From NCBI GenBank assembly GCA_965637545.1, contig OZ281496.1:13950001-14014000 (forward strand): a stretch of DNA of 64,000 nucleotides, written 5' to 3'. This stretch comes from Phallusia mammillata. Its lineage: Eukaryota. The notes under the pieces were generated by a model. It had not been told where the DNA came from and searched no databases. It saw nothing but the letters and a program-made list of their open reading frames with translations. The position numbers and the translations under genes are program-made. This document shows, in pieces, positions 61,601 through 64,000 of the stretch. Position 1 is the stretch's first letter. Each line of letters opens with the position of its first letter.

Positions 61601-64000
61601 ATGGATGCAAACCTGCAAGAGCACATAAAAAAAGCTGTAGGTGACTTTGCTGCAGCAATTATTGGTACTGTAACCAACAATTCGGATTCTCCAACATGCT
61701 CTTCCACAACTGATAAAATTGGACCAGTGACACCCAACCATGAACAACCATCAAAAGTAAACTAAATTTCAATTCTGCCATTTGATTTACATTAGGTAAC
61801 ACCCATACAAAAATAAGTTATCTTTAGGCCAAACATTTTTACACTCCCAAATGGTTCTTGTTGGATTAATATCATTCAGTATTTGACACCTTAAAAATTA
61901 AAACAAATAAAAACTTTGTGCCCTGTAGGTATTTTTTGCATTTAAATGTATATAATCACTAGCATTATCATTTAAACATGTTGTACTTTAAATTAGGTGA
62001 CAAGGCCTGGTGGAAATGAAGCAACAAAGCTGTTGTTTATAGAATCTGACAGTGATGATGACGATTTTAGAAAGGTAGTTTTGTATATGACAGTTAGTGT
62101 TTTTCATTCGGTTAATTCGGCTATTTGGGTTGGTTTTGTTGAAAAAAATAAAAATGTTTGGCAGGATTACAAACATTCACTACCCTCGTGCACAAAACAA
62201 AGAGGATCTAGGTATGTGCCAACCGCAGTAAAAGGAGGTAGAAGACGAACAAAACCAAAAACAATGTATTACACCCGAACTATAATTTGCATACCTGCAA
62301 ATATAATGGAGCAAGTACAAAACAACTCGCACAACATTGCGTTTAAAATACCAAGAGGAAAAAACAGAAGTGAACTTGCTGCTATTGGGTTAGTTGCAAA
62401 GATTTCAATAAGTAACAGCTGGTCTGAACAGGAAGTAAGATGAGAGATTTCAGATGTTTTCAAAAGTCAATTTACTCCATTTCAAACACCATTATTGTCA
62501 AAAGATTTACTACAGTTTGATTATCTCAGCAATTTGCCTGGTTTGAAAGTACTTGTTAAGCCAAAAGTAAGTGAATCATTTAGATGGGATGCTGCTGCAG
62601 TGCTTTCACTCGGTAAAAGCATTATTTACGTCACTGTACAAAAAGAACACCAACTTTTGAAATCCTCCATGAATCTTTTGACAGAAAAAACTGTTGAGGT
62701 AATATGAGTATGTAAATGTCAAATTAACAATCATAAAACAATAGGGAATGACAATTTTATAAATTTATTGCAGAAAGGTGACAAAACATGTTCAAACATT
62801 TCTTTGCATAAATATAATTCAGTTTTAGATGAAGATTTCAAGTGTGGGGTGAGCAAAACTTTCTAGTTAGATTTTCTAACATTTCAAATTATTTTTTATT
62901 GCAAAAATATTTTGTGTTTACAGGAGTGCTCAAATACCAAACCTGGCACATGTCAGACACCTTCTTTGTACATGTAAGTGGACACTTAAATTTATCTCTT
63001 AATTTTTTGTGGTTATTTGTAATTACTAAAATTGACTTGCACACAACAAAATAACTTCAGGTATGTTTGTGTATTGGTTACCAAATTGCACTTATGTTGT
63101 TAGGGATTATGTAAACTTGATATCTGAGGAAATTGATGAGGACACTCTGATTCAAGAGGCAATTGAGGCTTCATTGCTAGAAACCCCAAACAAAGATAGG
63201 TACATGTTTCAGTGTTAGTTTTTTCGATGAGTTTGGAATTTGACACATGGTAGCAATATTTGGTACAAAGAAGGTTAATTAACTGTGTTTCTGAAGGTGC
63301 CAAGTTGAGGAATTATCTGCTCATGAGTCTATAAGGTGTATTAGAGACAGCATCGATGAAAGTCAAGTAAACTTCTTTAATGTCAATCGCCAAAATGTTC
63401 TGGACTGTGCTGTCCGTGCCATAAAGCGAAAAAGTTTTTGTGCTAATGCAAGAATGAGTGTGAAATTTAGTGATGATATTGGCCAGTCTGAGGGTGCTGT
63501 AGATGCAGGTGGACCTACCAGAGAATTTTTAAGATTAGTAATGCAAGCTGTGGCAAACAGCATAATATTTGAAGGAAATGAAACAGCAAAAATTCTCACA
63601 AGAAATGAAACAGGTACATAATAGTACATTAGATATACCTTAGTTCTACAGTTTGTTGATTAGCAAACAACTTTGTAAAATGTGTACTTTTGTTACGGTA
63701 TATTGAAGCAAATTAAGAATGAAAAATACTACCAAATTAATAGTTGTGTTTATTTTATAGCAATTGCCAAGGACCTGTATTATGTGTATGGGTGTATTAT
63801 CTCCCTTTCAATCATTCATGGTGGGCCTGCTCCACGCTTTTTTTCCCAGTTATTGTATGATCAAGTTCTTGATAGATCAAGAAATTTTTTGGACGCTCTT
63901 GCAACTATAAATGACCCTGTCTTGTTTTCCAAGTTAACAAAAGTAAGCGCTAATTCAATTGTATAGTATTTGTATGTTAAACTGTCAACTTTGTAAGATA
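61601..64000 (+). pseudogene. Multi-exon G2E3-like HECT E3 ligase gene with an internal stop; runs off the window
   Basis: IPRGKNRSELAAIGLV, EVR*EISDVF, VKFSDDIGQSEGAVDAGGPTREFLRL and SIIHGGPAPRFFS. Confidence 0.75.

Overview
AT-rich, intron-containing eukaryotic DNA, inferred to be from a marine invertebrate and most likely an ascidian (the species cannot be read from sequence). The window is a transposon-dense, duplication-prone region. Host-type genes: three tandem-C2H2 zinc-finger genes (9 and 13 fingers with open reading frames; an 11-finger paralog with one in-frame TAA), a zinc-finger fragment, an intronless 7TM-like gene broken by a single missing base, a G2E3-like HECT remnant and an SDR/RDH-like pseudogene. 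There is also a decayed multi-exon NLR-like LRR + ZU5(HFT)-UPA gene that the ORF track largely misses. Apparently intact mobile elements: a Penelope-like retroelement (RT + GIY-YIG, 62-bp terminal repeats, minimal hammerhead ribozyme) and a full-length 5.6-kb CACTA/EnSpm element (CCCAG ends, TT TSD, transposase plus a reconstructable 5-exon accessory gene). Decayed mobile elements: AcademX-like, hAT, Harbinger, Mutator-SWIM-Ulp1-PHD and LINE copies, plus many hAT-type MITEs with readable TSDs. Nested insertions and a microhomology-joined tandem duplication at 41.5-52.4 kb give a readable order of events. All family assignments come from motif recognition by eye, not database searches.
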